Positions 36,773-44,784 of a stretch of 61,173 nt of DNA are shown here, one piece after another (position 1 is the first letter of the stretch; every line of letters begins with the position of its first letter). A program made the position numbers and the translations under genes. The stretch spans positions 1 through 61,173 of IMG/VR virus record IMGVR_UViG_3300030372_004731. One strand, given 5' to 3'. This DNA comes from a virus (lineage: Duplodnaviria > Caudoviricetes). The notes beneath the pieces are model-generated. The model was not told the origin of the DNA. It made no database searches and saw nothing but the letters and a program-made list of their open reading frames with translations.

Positions 36773-36877
36773 ATTTTTTCTCCTGTTTATGCAATTGTAT
36801 TAACTATAATTCAGTGGACTTCTAGTGTCAACTGTACTTCTAGTGTCAATTTTATTCTATATTTTTTCTCCTGTTTA
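36771..36877 (-). promoter_or_regulatory. Promoter with duplicated -35 unit, flanked by 19-bp direct repeats
   Basis: TAAACAGGAGAAAAAATAT at 36859-36877 and 36771-36789; TTGACACTAGAAGT twice; the second copy is TTGACA-17-TATAGT. Confidence 0.7.
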
Positions 36878-38065
36878 GGCTGCTATCTGTGTCCACGTAA
36901 CTGTAGTGCCTGTATCTACTTTTGCCCATGCCAAACCATTTGCTGTGCCAATACCTGTATTTATGGCAATTCCATCAGGTTTGATAACCGCTGTTTGTTT
37001 AGTAGTCACATTACCCAAAGATGACGTAATAACCTGACCTACAATTTCTACTTTTGAAACTGCATCTACAGAGCCTAAACCTGTAGAAATACCAAATCCA
37101 GTTGGTCTAATAGTTATATCAGTAAATGCTCTAAATGTACTGCCAAAACCTGAGGATATATTTATACCTGCAGGTTTAACATCTACTCCTCCAATTGTCG
37201 TAGCTGGATTAATAGCAGATGTAATCTGTACACCTGTTAAACTAACAATGTCATAATCGGTTACTATTGTGCTTCCTACACTTACCGTAATTTCAGGATC
37301 ATGAACGTGAACATAAGTTCCATCACATTCTAAATCTACTAATCCATAACCTGAAGTTATAGTTACAGCTGTAGGTTTAACAATAGCGTCTGCTTTAGGA
37401 ACTGTGGTACCTAAACCTATATTAATCTGTTGTCCTACAAGAGCTGCTGAATAAGCATCTCCCCATGCTAAGTTACCCCAAGTTTTTCTACCCCAACCTA
37501 CTTCTATATCATCTTCTACAACTGTAGTTCCAACTGAAAAAGAAGTGGATACTCCTGTAAGAGCAACTTGAACACTTGCACCGGAATCTCCCCAATCTTC
37601 AGATCCCCAAGTTTTTCTACCCCAACCAGTTTCATTGAACGCTTGAACTGTTCCTAGAGCTGGAGTAATAGCTTGACCAGTTACAGATGCAATATTATCT
37701 TGTTGATCTCCCCAATTACCTTCTCCCCAATTTAAAATACCCCAAGTGTTACTATCAACAGTGTTTGCTTGGCCTCCCATACCTGAGTGTACGGAACAAT
37801 AGTAATATAAAGTGGGTGCAGAAGTAGCAACTGATATTTGAACATATCCTGTTCCTGAAGTAACACCAGTTGTATATTCCGTTCCTCCTGAGTGTGTACC
37901 ATCAGAAGTTGTAGAAAATTTAAAAGGATGACTACCAACTGAACTATCAGAAGTATCAAACTTATAGACCGCTCCTTCAGCTAAATTTATTGTTGGCTGT
38001 TGAACACCATCAATGTAATACTTACCGCCTGCTACGGTGACTGTAAATGTTCTAATTACCGCCAT
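36875..38065 (-). CDS. Virion structural protein with WG repeats
   Basis: N-terminal HPF.FST...LYYYC..H.GMGG domain; GWGRKTWG twice. Confidence 0.7.
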   Translation of the reverse strand: MAVIRTFTVTVAGGKYYIDGVQQPTINLAEGAVYKFDTSDSSVGSHPFKFSTTSDGTHSGGTEYTTGVTSGTGYVQISVATSAPTLYYYCSVHSGMGGQANTVDSNTWGILNWGEGNWGDQQDNIASVTGQAITPALGTVQAFNETGWGRKTWGSEDWGDSGASVQVALTGVSTSFSVGTTVVEDDIEVGWGRKTWGNLAWGDAYSAALVGQQINIGLGTTVPKADAIVKPTAVTITSGYGLVDLECDGTYVHVHDPEITVSVGSTIVTDYDIVSLTGVQITSAINPATTIGGVDVKPAGINISSGFGSTFRAFTDITIRPTGFGISTGLGSVDAVSKVEIVGQVITSSLGNVTTKQTAVIKPDGIAINTGIGTANGLAWAKVDTGTTVTWTQIAA

Positions 38066-38078
38066 GGCGAAGTACTCC

Positions 38079-38516
38079 TTAAGCTAATCTGATTATTGCC
38101 AAAGTGTCAGTAAAGTTTGGAAATTGTATTGTAAAAGTTCCTGATGTTGATGTTTTATTTGAAACAAAATCTAATACTGCAACAGATTTATTAGCTTCTG
38201 ATGTATTATAAATTAATGCACCCATTGCTGTAATCGTTGCTGTTAAATAAGATAAGTCTGCAAAATCTACGATAGCAGTTGTTCCTGATAATTTATGAGT
38301 TTGTCCTGTTAATACTTTACCACCTGATGAGTAATCACCAGTTGAGTCAGTAACTTGTCCTGCGGTTGTAAATGAAGCAAGTGAAGGTCCTATAACTGAT
38401 GAATCAGTGTATAGAGCAAGTTTAAATTTATCTCCTCCAGTTGCATCGAAGTTGTGCTTAGCTTCTAATAATTGATTTTTAAAAGAACTAGTTATTGCAC
38501 TTGTTGTTATTGCCAT
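38079..38516 (-). CDS. Tail structural protein
   Basis: SFK..LL...H.F...FKLALYT...Y..GG..L...GALIYN...AVLDF...FTIQFP. Confidence 0.75.
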   Translation of the reverse strand: MAITTSAITSSFKNQLLEAKHNFDATGGDKFKLALYTDSSVIGPSLASFTTAGQVTDSTGDYSSGGKVLTGQTHKLSGTTAIVDFADLSYLTATITAMGALIYNTSEANKSVAVLDFVSNKTSTSGTFTIQFPNFTDTLAIIRLA

Positions 38517-38534
38517 AATTTTCTCCTGTTTTAA

Positions 38535-39191
38535 TTATGGTGACGGTGAATCTATTTTGATTCGAATCGCACCATTGAAATAATCGTCTCTTCGTCTTCT
38601 TCCAATTTGCTCGACAGCATATTTGGATATTGCATTTGTATACTGTTTTTCATAATATTGCAACATGTCCATAGGACCTTTTAAATAACCAAAAGCTTCT
38701 ATTAAACAAGCATATAATAAACCATTAGGAAATCTTTGACTTAAGTAAGTTTGAGTATTACCTGAAGATAATCCATCTGGTTTAGATACATAACTAGCTT
38801 GAATAACATAAGCATCATTAGGAATAGGAGCAAACATAAGTGTATCGTCATCATAATTAGCATAAAATTTAGGAACTCCAGTAGCTCCTGATGGGTTAAA
38901 TTCATCAATAAAAGTTGTGTCTCTTTTTTCTAAATAAATTCTATCAGATCCACTTGTAATTTGAAGGGCTCTAATTACCAACGCACCTGTAGGAAAATTT
39001 AAATATTTTTGAGAAGTAACCATGTTTGAAGTGGCGTATCTTCTATCTGCATCTGTATTAACGTCTCTTAAAATTCTTTCTTCAGCATCTAATATAAAAC
39101 CATCCACAATAGTAGATGTAAAAACTGAGCTATCTACTTCTGTGTAATCTCTAATTTTAGTAACTAATTCTGAATAATTTATTCCTGCCAT
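38535..39191 (-). CDS. Head-tail adaptor protein
   Basis: Y.EL...I.DYTE...FI..AE.RI, G.PKFYA, LLYACL.EA..YLK. Confidence 0.75.
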   Translation of the reverse strand: MAGINYSELVTKIRDYTEVDSSVFTSTIVDGFILDAEERILRDVNTDADRRYATSNMVTSQKYLNFPTGALVIRALQITSGSDRIYLEKRDTTFIDEFNPSGATGVPKFYANYDDDTLMFAPIPNDAYVIQASYVSKPDGLSSGNTQTYLSQRFPNGLLYACLIEAFGYLKGPMDMLQYYEKQYTNAISKYAVEQIGRRRRDDYFNGAIRIKIDSPSP

Positions 39192-39571
39192 TATACTACT
39201 ACCTTCACTTTTCCTATTGAACTAAAAATATTTAATATTTTACCTTGTTTTAAGGGAAAATTTCCAAAAACTATTTTACCTTCACTATTATAACCGTGAT
39301 CAACTGAAAACAAACTTTCTCCAATATTACCTTGTAATATACCTACTCTAACTGTCATATTACCAATATTATGTTGTACTCTAGTGTTTCTTAAAGCTTG
39401 AGGATCTCCCCCATAAACTTTTGGATCTAATTGAGGAGATTTAGGTTCATATTCAGATACATGAACTAATGCACCATTCCACTCTTTAACCATTTCAAGG
39501 TATGGAAAAGCTTGTCCAGATCTATCTGAAATTGATAACGCGTATTTTCCTTTTGCAAAAACTCTAGCCAT
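39191..39571 (-). CDS. Conserved phage structural-region protein
   Basis: GKYA..ISDRSG..FPY.EMV.EWNG..VH.SEYEPK.PQ. Confidence 0.75.
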   Translation of the reverse strand: MARVFAKGKYALSISDRSGQAFPYLEMVKEWNGALVHVSEYEPKSPQLDPKVYGGDPQALRNTRVQHNIGNMTVRVGILQGNIGESLFSVDHGYNSEGKIVFGNFPLKQGKILNIFSSIGKVKVVV

Positions 39572-39572
39572 T

Positions 39573-40283
39573 TTATGTTACCGTTGGATAATATTGAGCT
39601 GGAGTAATAAATGTACTTGATCTTGAACCATCTTCATCAAGAGCACGTTTTACTTCATCCTCATAATATAGTTTTAATTGTTGTGTTCTTTCAGGAGCAT
39701 ATTTTTGAGATAGATAAAATGCTAATCCTGAAATCATACATGGAATCCATCTAAAAGGAACATCAGCAGTATTAGTATATGCTCCTGCATCTTGAATTCT
39801 TTGTAATGAATAGTATTTTAAATGAGTATAGTTTTGAGCATCAGGAGTAATGTATAAAGTAATATTAGGAGTATTCGTTCCTGAAGTTACTCTTTCTACA
39901 TAGTATTGAGAAGGTGTTCCAGTTGATCCTTTGTTAGGCAGTGCAGCATAAGTAGATCTGTCTATTTTAGTTATAGATACATCAGTAGTAGCGGATCCAG
40001 GATTTACCGTAGTAGCACTATTAGAAATAAAAGCTTCTAATACGTCACTACATCCAGCAACAGTAGCATATTGACTTTGAGAGGCAACTAAAGCAACTGC
40101 ATTTAATTGGATTTTCCATAAATGAACACCTCTATTTCCCCATTCGGAAAATAAAACATTTAAAGATCTTCTAGCTTTTTTAAGATCGTATCCAGAGTTA
40201 GTTTGAATACCACATCTTTCATAAGCTTCCTCTACAATCTCATCTATCGATAGATCGAATGTTGCTGTTCCGCTGGTTGCCAT
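39573..40283 (-). CDS. Adaptor/tail tubular-like virion protein
   Basis: MATSGT..F.L.I.EIVEEAYERCG...ARRSLN..F.EW.NRG..LW. Confidence 0.75.
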   Translation of the reverse strand: MATSGTATFDLSIDEIVEEAYERCGIQTNSGYDLKKARRSLNVLFSEWGNRGVHLWKIQLNAVALVASQSQYATVAGCSDVLEAFISNSATTVNPGSATTDVSITKIDRSTYAALPNKGSTGTPSQYYVERVTSGTNTPNITLYITPDAQNYTHLKYYSLQRIQDAGAYTNTADVPFRWIPCMISGLAFYLSQKYAPERTQQLKLYYEDEVKRALDEDGSRSSTFITPAQYYPTVT

Positions 40284-40294
40284 TTATACATATC

Positions 40295-40891
40295 CTACTT
40301 TTTAAGCTCTCTTACTATTCTTCTTTTTTCGTCTTTTAAATTTCTTCTGCCTTTTGAAGTGTGAGCTTTTTCAGCATCTACTCTTCCAAGTTCTTCTAGA
40401 CGATTCATTCTTCTAGTATTAGCTTGGCCACCTTTTCTCATTTTATCTTTTTTTCCTCTAACCCACATATGAGGGCCTTGTGGTCTAGGTCTATTAGAAC
40501 CTTTTATACTACCACCCTTTTTTTTATTGACTTTGCCGGATTTTCTTTTGCCCCAAGCTCCGTAAGACTCATCTCTACGATCTTTCATAGATTGTTTCTT
40601 ACCAGATTCTTTTCCTGTTCTCATACCTAAGGATTCATCTTCTCTAGCTTTGTAGCCTTGTTTCATACCACCTTTTTTCATTTTAGAAGGTCCTCTATCC
40701 ATAAGCATAGTTGGCATTCTTTTTGATTTTTCATCTACTCCATAACCTCTAGAGTACATCATATCTCCTTTTCTGCCTCCCATACCACCTTTTCTCATAG
40801 CTTTACCCATACCGCCGTGTGCAATTCCACCACCACGATAATTTCCAGTCATAGCCATTCTTTTGTGCATATTTATTTTTGAATTATCCAT
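40295..40891 (-). CDS. Lys/Met-rich basic protein with repeated KKGG motifs
   Basis: MRKGG, MKKGG, KKKGG, MRKGG; AGGAG RBS. Confidence 0.75.
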   Translation of the reverse strand: MDNSKINMHKRMAMTGNYRGGGIAHGGMGKAMRKGGMGGRKGDMMYSRGYGVDEKSKRMPTMLMDRGPSKMKKGGMKQGYKAREDESLGMRTGKESGKKQSMKDRRDESYGAWGKRKSGKVNKKKGGSIKGSNRPRPQGPHMWVRGKKDKMRKGGQANTRRMNRLEELGRVDAEKAHTSKGRRNLKDEKRRIVRELKK

Positions 40892-40903
40892 ATTATTCTC
40901 CTG

Positions 40904-41452
40904 TTAAAATGTTCCTTGGAACTTAGTTCCCTTTATTGCTGCACCTGATCCACGAGCTCTTTTCATTGGCCCCTGAACCATCGATCCGCCTCCGGCTCTA
41001 CCATAAACCCTTTTTTTGTATTGTTCCATAAAGGACTTACCTTTACCTTTTACACGAATTCCTTTTTTCATTGATCCATATTTTTTTTTAAGATCAACCA
41101 ATTTACTTTGGCCCGTAATTCCGCCACCTGCTTTTTTTTCTTTTTTTCTCTTAAATCGATCTCTCATTGTTGGAGGAGCTAAATCTTTATTTCTTATTCC
41201 TGATCCTGCTGCTCCTAATATTGCTCCTGGACCTAATTTTTTTCTAGCATCGCCACCTTTTTTTTTCTCTTCTATCATAATTAATAAACCCTCCTCAATT
41301 TGACCGCCTTTTTTAAAACCAAAGTTTTTTTGACCTGTTTTTCTTTCTTCGGCTCTTCTTTTATTTCTAAATTTTCTTTTAGTTAAAGCACGAAGAACTC
41401 TTCGTTTACCAAAACGATCAATCATATCCGAGACAGTTATTTTTTTAACCAT
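40904..41452 (-). CDS. Basic protein with repeated KxGG motifs
   Basis: FKKGG, KKKGG, KKAGG, RAGGG; C-terminal RGSGAAIKGTKFQGTF. Confidence 0.75.
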   Translation of the reverse strand: MVKKITVSDMIDRFGKRRVLRALTKRKFRNKRRAEERKTGQKNFGFKKGGQIEEGLLIMIEEKKKGGDARKKLGPGAILGAAGSGIRNKDLAPPTMRDRFKRKKEKKAGGGITGQSKLVDLKKKYGSMKKGIRVKGKGKSFMEQYKKRVYGRAGGGSMVQGPMKRARGSGAAIKGTKFQGTF

Positions 41453-41493
41453 TTATCTCCTTTTAAAGGGCCCTTTTTACGTTATAACTATTG

Positions 41494-41622
41494 TTATCTC
41501 GTTACCCTTTTATACTTTCTTTTTGGTCTTCTGTCTACTCTCTTACGCATAGCTCTAGAAGGTCTTCCCCCTCTTAAACCAGGAGAGATTTGTTTTGATA
41601 TTTGTGCTCTACTAATAGGCAT
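41494..41622 (-). CDS. 42-aa basic peptide with capsid-like N-terminus (not in ORF track)
   Basis: MPISRAQISKQISPGLRGGRPSRAMRKRVDRRPKRKYKRVTR; TAATG coupling to the endolysin gene. Confidence 0.7.
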   Translation of the reverse strand: MPISRAQISKQISPGLRGGRPSRAMRKRVDRRPKRKYKRVTR

Positions 41623-42122
41623 TATTCGATTACTACTCCTTTTTCCCACTTCATTTCAGGAAGGCCATTATCGTACCTTTTTCCATCAAAAGTAAGAATT
41701 TGTTTTCTGTTAGCTCCTTTTTCATTGTAACTCGCGTGTATCCAGCCCGCTTGTCCATCGTCAGGCTTGTAGAACTCGAGAATACATTGATCGAAGTCCA
41801 CGTTATTAGTCAGCCAGTAAGCGACCTTAATATTAGGCACTCCATTAATTTCAAAATCAACCGCCTGGCCCCGTGCATGTTGACTGGTTTTTTTCGAACC
41901 TATGGCCTCGCAAAGCGCTTCTGAACGATAGCCCGAACTAATCATAATTGGTTTATCAAAATGAGCACGAACGGGTTCTAGTATTTCGTAACATACATTT
42001 TCTAAATTTTTAATTTCACCTGCTCCTGGTGAATTGTCTATACCTTTACGAGTAGCCGTCATACTCTTAGTCATTTCCTCTAATGTAAAATGTTTACTTA
42101 ACCTCATTTTTTTTCTCCTCAA
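41622..42122 (-). CDS. Endolysin, peptidase M15A family
   Basis: LS.HFTL.E, SSGYRS, SQHARGQAVD, WIHAS. Confidence 0.88.
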   Translation of the reverse strand: MRRKKMRLSKHFTLEEMTKSMTATRKGIDNSPGAGEIKNLENVCYEILEPVRAHFDKPIMISSGYRSEALCEAIGSKKTSQHARGQAVDFEINGVPNIKVAYWLTNNVDFDQCILEFYKPDDGQAGWIHASYNEKGANRKQILTFDGKRYDNGLPEMKWEKGVVIE

Positions 42123-42750
42123 TTTCGTAAAAGAATTTATCAGTATCTTCTGTTCTCCACTGACGAGTGTCTTCTACGTTCCACTCACTTGTTTGTACTT
42201 TCCAATCAGGAATTTCATCTTTTACAGTAAATGATGGAATATCCCATATCAATCTATTATTAGGTTGAGCTGCATAATTGCCATCATCTAATGCCAATAC
42301 ATGTGCGCACTTGTGCTCGTGCGGAATTTCTGAATGGTCCGTATCCACTATATTACTCTCTGGATGAGCCCAGTCAATAGTGAACAAATAAGCTCCATTA
42401 TGCCATTTTTTATTTTTTCCAATAAATTTACCTGATTGACCATCTAAGATATCGAAAGAATGCACAGAAGGATAATAACTAAAACAATTCCATAGCTCCA
42501 ATTCATCAAGCCTATATTTAGGTACGTTTTCTGGCTTAAAACCTCTTTGAATGAAAGCAGATATCGGTAAACGGTAGAAGATTGCACCATTTTCCATAAT
42601 CGCGTGGAACAAAATTGGACGACCAGTGATCGAAGCAAAGCCGAAGATAATACAATCTTCAACTTCGCCATGATGAGCTTTAAGATCATATAAATATTCT
42701 CTTTTAATTTGTGCGTATGTTACCGGTATATTTGCATTTAAATATGACAT
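42094..42750 (-). CDS. Conserved phage hypothetical protein
   Basis: MSYLNANIP...LPISAF...LW.CFSY...EHKC...AAQPNNR. Confidence 0.8.
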   Translation of the reverse strand: MSYLNANIPVTYAQIKREYLYDLKAHHGEVEDCIIFGFASITGRPILFHAIMENGAIFYRLPISAFIQRGFKPENVPKYRLDELELWNCFSYYPSVHSFDILDGQSGKFIGKNKKWHNGAYLFTIDWAHPESNIVDTDHSEIPHEHKCAHVLALDDGNYAAQPNNRLIWDIPSFTVKDEIPDWKVQTSEWNVEDTRQWRTEDTDKFFYEIEEKKNEVK

Positions 42751-42758
42751 TTGTCATA

Positions 42759-42860
42759 CTAAAATATAACAGCACCTATTACAACACCAGCGACAAAAAT
42801 TATAACATGATGGCTATGCTCCATCCATAATTTTTGGATTTGTACTTTTAAATTGTCCAT
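42759..42860 (-). CDS. 33-aa membrane microprotein (not in ORF track)
   Basis: MDNLKVQIQKLWMEHSHHVIIFVAGVVIGAVIF; AGGAG RBS. Confidence 0.7.
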   Translation of the reverse strand: MDNLKVQIQKLWMEHSHHVIIFVAGVVIGAVIF

Positions 42861-42960
42861 GGTTACTCCTTTTTCGGTTATAAACTTTTTTGTTTTTTAT
42901 CACAACTTGACGGTAACGTCTATCTCTTAGTATCTTTGCTATTGGATTTTTTTTATTCAA
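42814..42960 (-). CDS. 48-aa ArfA-like basic peptide (TTG start; not in ORF track)
   Basis: MNKKNPIAKILRDRRYRQVVIKNKKVYNRKRSNHGQF...; overlaps the upstream stop codon. Confidence 0.5.
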   Translation of the reverse strand: MNKKNPIAKILRDRRYRQVVIKNKKVYNRKRSNHGQFKSTNPKIMDGA

Positions 42961-43162
42961 GAATTAAAGCTCTAATGTTTTTTCTACCCTGATATATCTC
43001 AGTTTTTGCTTTACCTTTATAACACTTGTAAGACACAGTTTCACTGTACTGTCTCTCCGCTTCACGTTTCCCGCGAAGGCATTGGGCCATCGACGGTTGA
43101 ATAAGGTGTTCCTTAATTTCTCCGTTTACGAACATCAGTAGGGCTATCACACTCTCGATCAA
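42953..43162 (-). CDS. Small hypothetical protein (lysis region)
   Basis: VIALLM...CL..KR.AER...Y.C. Confidence 0.7.
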   Translation of the reverse strand: MIESVIALLMFVNGEIKEHLIQPSMAQCLRGKREAERQYSETVSYKCYKGKAKTEIYQGRKNIRALILE

Positions 43163-43572
43163 TTTGGGCTCCCGTTTTTATAATGCATTTCTCTATTTTG
43201 GTCTTTAAGTTTTTCTATATCTTCTAAAACTTTATCCATTTGTTTTCTTAAAAATTCTATGTTTACTTTGTTTAATGCCATAGATTCTATGTGTGCATTC
43301 AACTTATCGGTGGTCTTGTAAAGATCCTCGATCATCATGAACTGCTCGGAATCTGCAGGAAGCGAACCAAGTTGGCCCCGCGGCCACTTGATTCTAAACT
43401 CTGTGTTCTCAGTTAAATCTTTAGACATTAGTTCTACTTGTGTCAAAATTTTGTTTTGTGTCTCAATGATACCGAAGTAAGCCCACGTTCCAATCGCGAC
43501 CATCGCGATCAACGAGGCAACCGTTTTCATCGGCATTTGTACTGCTGCTTCTTCGGAAATTTTAAGCGCCAT
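43159..43572 (-). CDS. N-terminal TM plus coiled-coil protein (possible i-spanin)
   Basis: TM segment VASLIAMVAIGTWAYFGII then coiled coil; near the endolysin. Confidence 0.55.
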   Translation of the reverse strand: MALKISEEAAVQMPMKTVASLIAMVAIGTWAYFGIIETQNKILTQVELMSKDLTENTEFRIKWPRGQLGSLPADSEQFMMIEDLYKTTDKLNAHIESMALNKVNIEFLRKQMDKVLEDIEKLKDQNREMHYKNGSPN

Positions 43573-43747
43573 TAAATGCCTCTTCGTCTAGTTTTGTTTC
43601 GTTTTCAAAAGTTTTATCTTCTGAGGAAGATTTGCATGCACAATCATCACATACACAAAGATCTCCATTATCTAAATTTTCATTAGGCACATGAAGTTCA
43701 TTATTACAGTGACAATCACATTGACAGTTTTTACACTTACTTCCCAT
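43562..43747 (-). CDS. Cys-rich metallothionein-like microprotein (start MGSKCKNC)
   Basis: CKNCQCDCHC...H...CVCDDCAC. Confidence 0.6.
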   Translation of the reverse strand: MGSKCKNCQCDCHCNNELHVPNENLDNGDLCVCDDCACKSSSEDKTFENETKLDEEAFNGA

Positions 43748-43799
43748 TTTTTTGCCAACTAAAAAGCCAAGTAACAAATTTATTCCATAACTTTTTCAT
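43737..43799 (-). CDS. 20-aa amphipathic Trp/Lys peptide (not in ORF track)
   Basis: MKKLWNKFVTWLFSWQKNGK; GGGAGG RBS. Confidence 0.55.
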   Translation of the reverse strand: MKKLWNKFVTWLFSWQKNGK

Positions 43800-43815
43800 T
43801 GGGCCCTCCCAATAA

Positions 43816-44121
43816 TTACTTGCTGTGAAATACTGTAGCTTCTATGACATGTTCTGTCGTAAAGTTACAATAAACATCGTTTTCAAATAAAATAGGTCCT
43901 GGAAAATTTATTGAGATTCCTCCAACTGCTGCAGGTGTTTTAACTTTAAATTTTAAAGTTCCGGCAGCTCCTCCATCTCTAAGATGAAAGTCACCAGATA
44001 CAGTATTACTATCTAAATAAACTCCAAAAACTCTTGTTCTACCAGCTCTAATAGTACCAGTTTCGCTCGTTTGAGCTGTTGCTGATATATCTTCTGCTGA
44101 TCCAAAAATATTTGCCGACAT
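43816..44121 (-). CDS. Minor virion/head protein
   Basis: Beta-rich, downstream of the MCP gene; GAGGAG RBS. Confidence 0.65.
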   Translation of the reverse strand: MSANIFGSAEDISATAQTSETGTIRAGRTRVFGVYLDSNTVSGDFHLRDGGAAGTLKFKVKTPAAVGGISINFPGPILFENDVYCNFTTEHVIEATVFHSK

Positions 44122-44136
44122 AAATTTCTCCTCTTC

Positions 44137-44158
44137 TAGGGACCCCGAAGGGCCCCTA
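44137..44158 (-). other. GC-rich hairpin with UUCG tetraloop
   Basis: TAGGGGCCC-TTCG-GGGTCCCTA, no U-tract, directly before an RBS. Confidence 0.55.
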
Positions 44159-44168
44159 ATTATTATTA

Positions 44169-44633
44169 TTAGTCTGTGTGGTTTCTAGCTTGTGCATATA
44201 CAATACATACTCTAGCTTTTCCAGCTGATTGAGCTGTTCCAGTAGGGATGTATTTTGCCGCTATTTGAACATCAGTAGTACCCACATTTTTCCATGCAAG
44301 ACATTGAGCAGTCGCTCCAAGAGCAACTGTTCCCAGTGTTCCTACTTCAGCATTATCAATAAATTTGTCTGAATCACCAACAATGCCGACATCTAATTTA
44401 TTAGTTGTACCAGCATCAAAAGCAACTTCAACATTAACAAAAATATTTTTGATATGAGATTTTGCAGGGATAACTACAGTTTCTGATGTGTCTGTAGTAT
44501 CTGTGTGAGATATATGAAAAGACTGAACCATTAATACATGTCCAGTATTTCTCATATCTGTACCAGCAGTAGTGCCGGTTGTGTTTCTAATCGTTCCCGC
44601 TTTTATCGGTCCCGAAAATGTAGTATTAGCCAT
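44169..44633 (-). CDS. Head fiber/decoration protein
   Basis: MANTTFSGPIKAG N-terminus; position after the MCP gene. Confidence 0.7.
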   Translation of the reverse strand: MANTTFSGPIKAGTIRNTTGTTAGTDMRNTGHVLMVQSFHISHTDTTDTSETVVIPAKSHIKNIFVNVEVAFDAGTTNKLDVGIVGDSDKFIDNAEVGTLGTVALGATAQCLAWKNVGTTDVQIAAKYIPTGTAQSAGKARVCIVYAQARNHTD

Positions 44634-44639
44634 AATATC

Positions 44640-44695
44640 CTCCTAGTTTTTCGAACATAGTCTCTAGGCCGTCCACTGCACGGGTCTATGCTCTA
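44640..44695 (-). ncRNA. Structured RNA downstream of the Mu-gpT-like capsid gene (possible Mu-gpT-DE motif)
   Basis: Outer stem GAGCAUAG/CUAUGUUC, inner stem CCGU/ACGG; loop CCUAG complementary to CUAGG at the RBS. Confidence 0.5.
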
Positions 44696-44724
44696 ATTTA
44701 TTGCGCAGTAAGAATACTATACAT

Positions 44725-44760
44725 AAAAAAAGAGGCGAAGTAAACACTCCGCCTCTTTTA
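44725..44760 (-). terminator. Rho-independent terminator after the MCP gene
   Basis: AGAGGCGGAGT-GTTT-ACTTCGCCTCT followed by a U tract. Confidence 0.85.
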
Positions 44761-44784
44761 TAGATTTAAGCTTGGTTAATAGGC

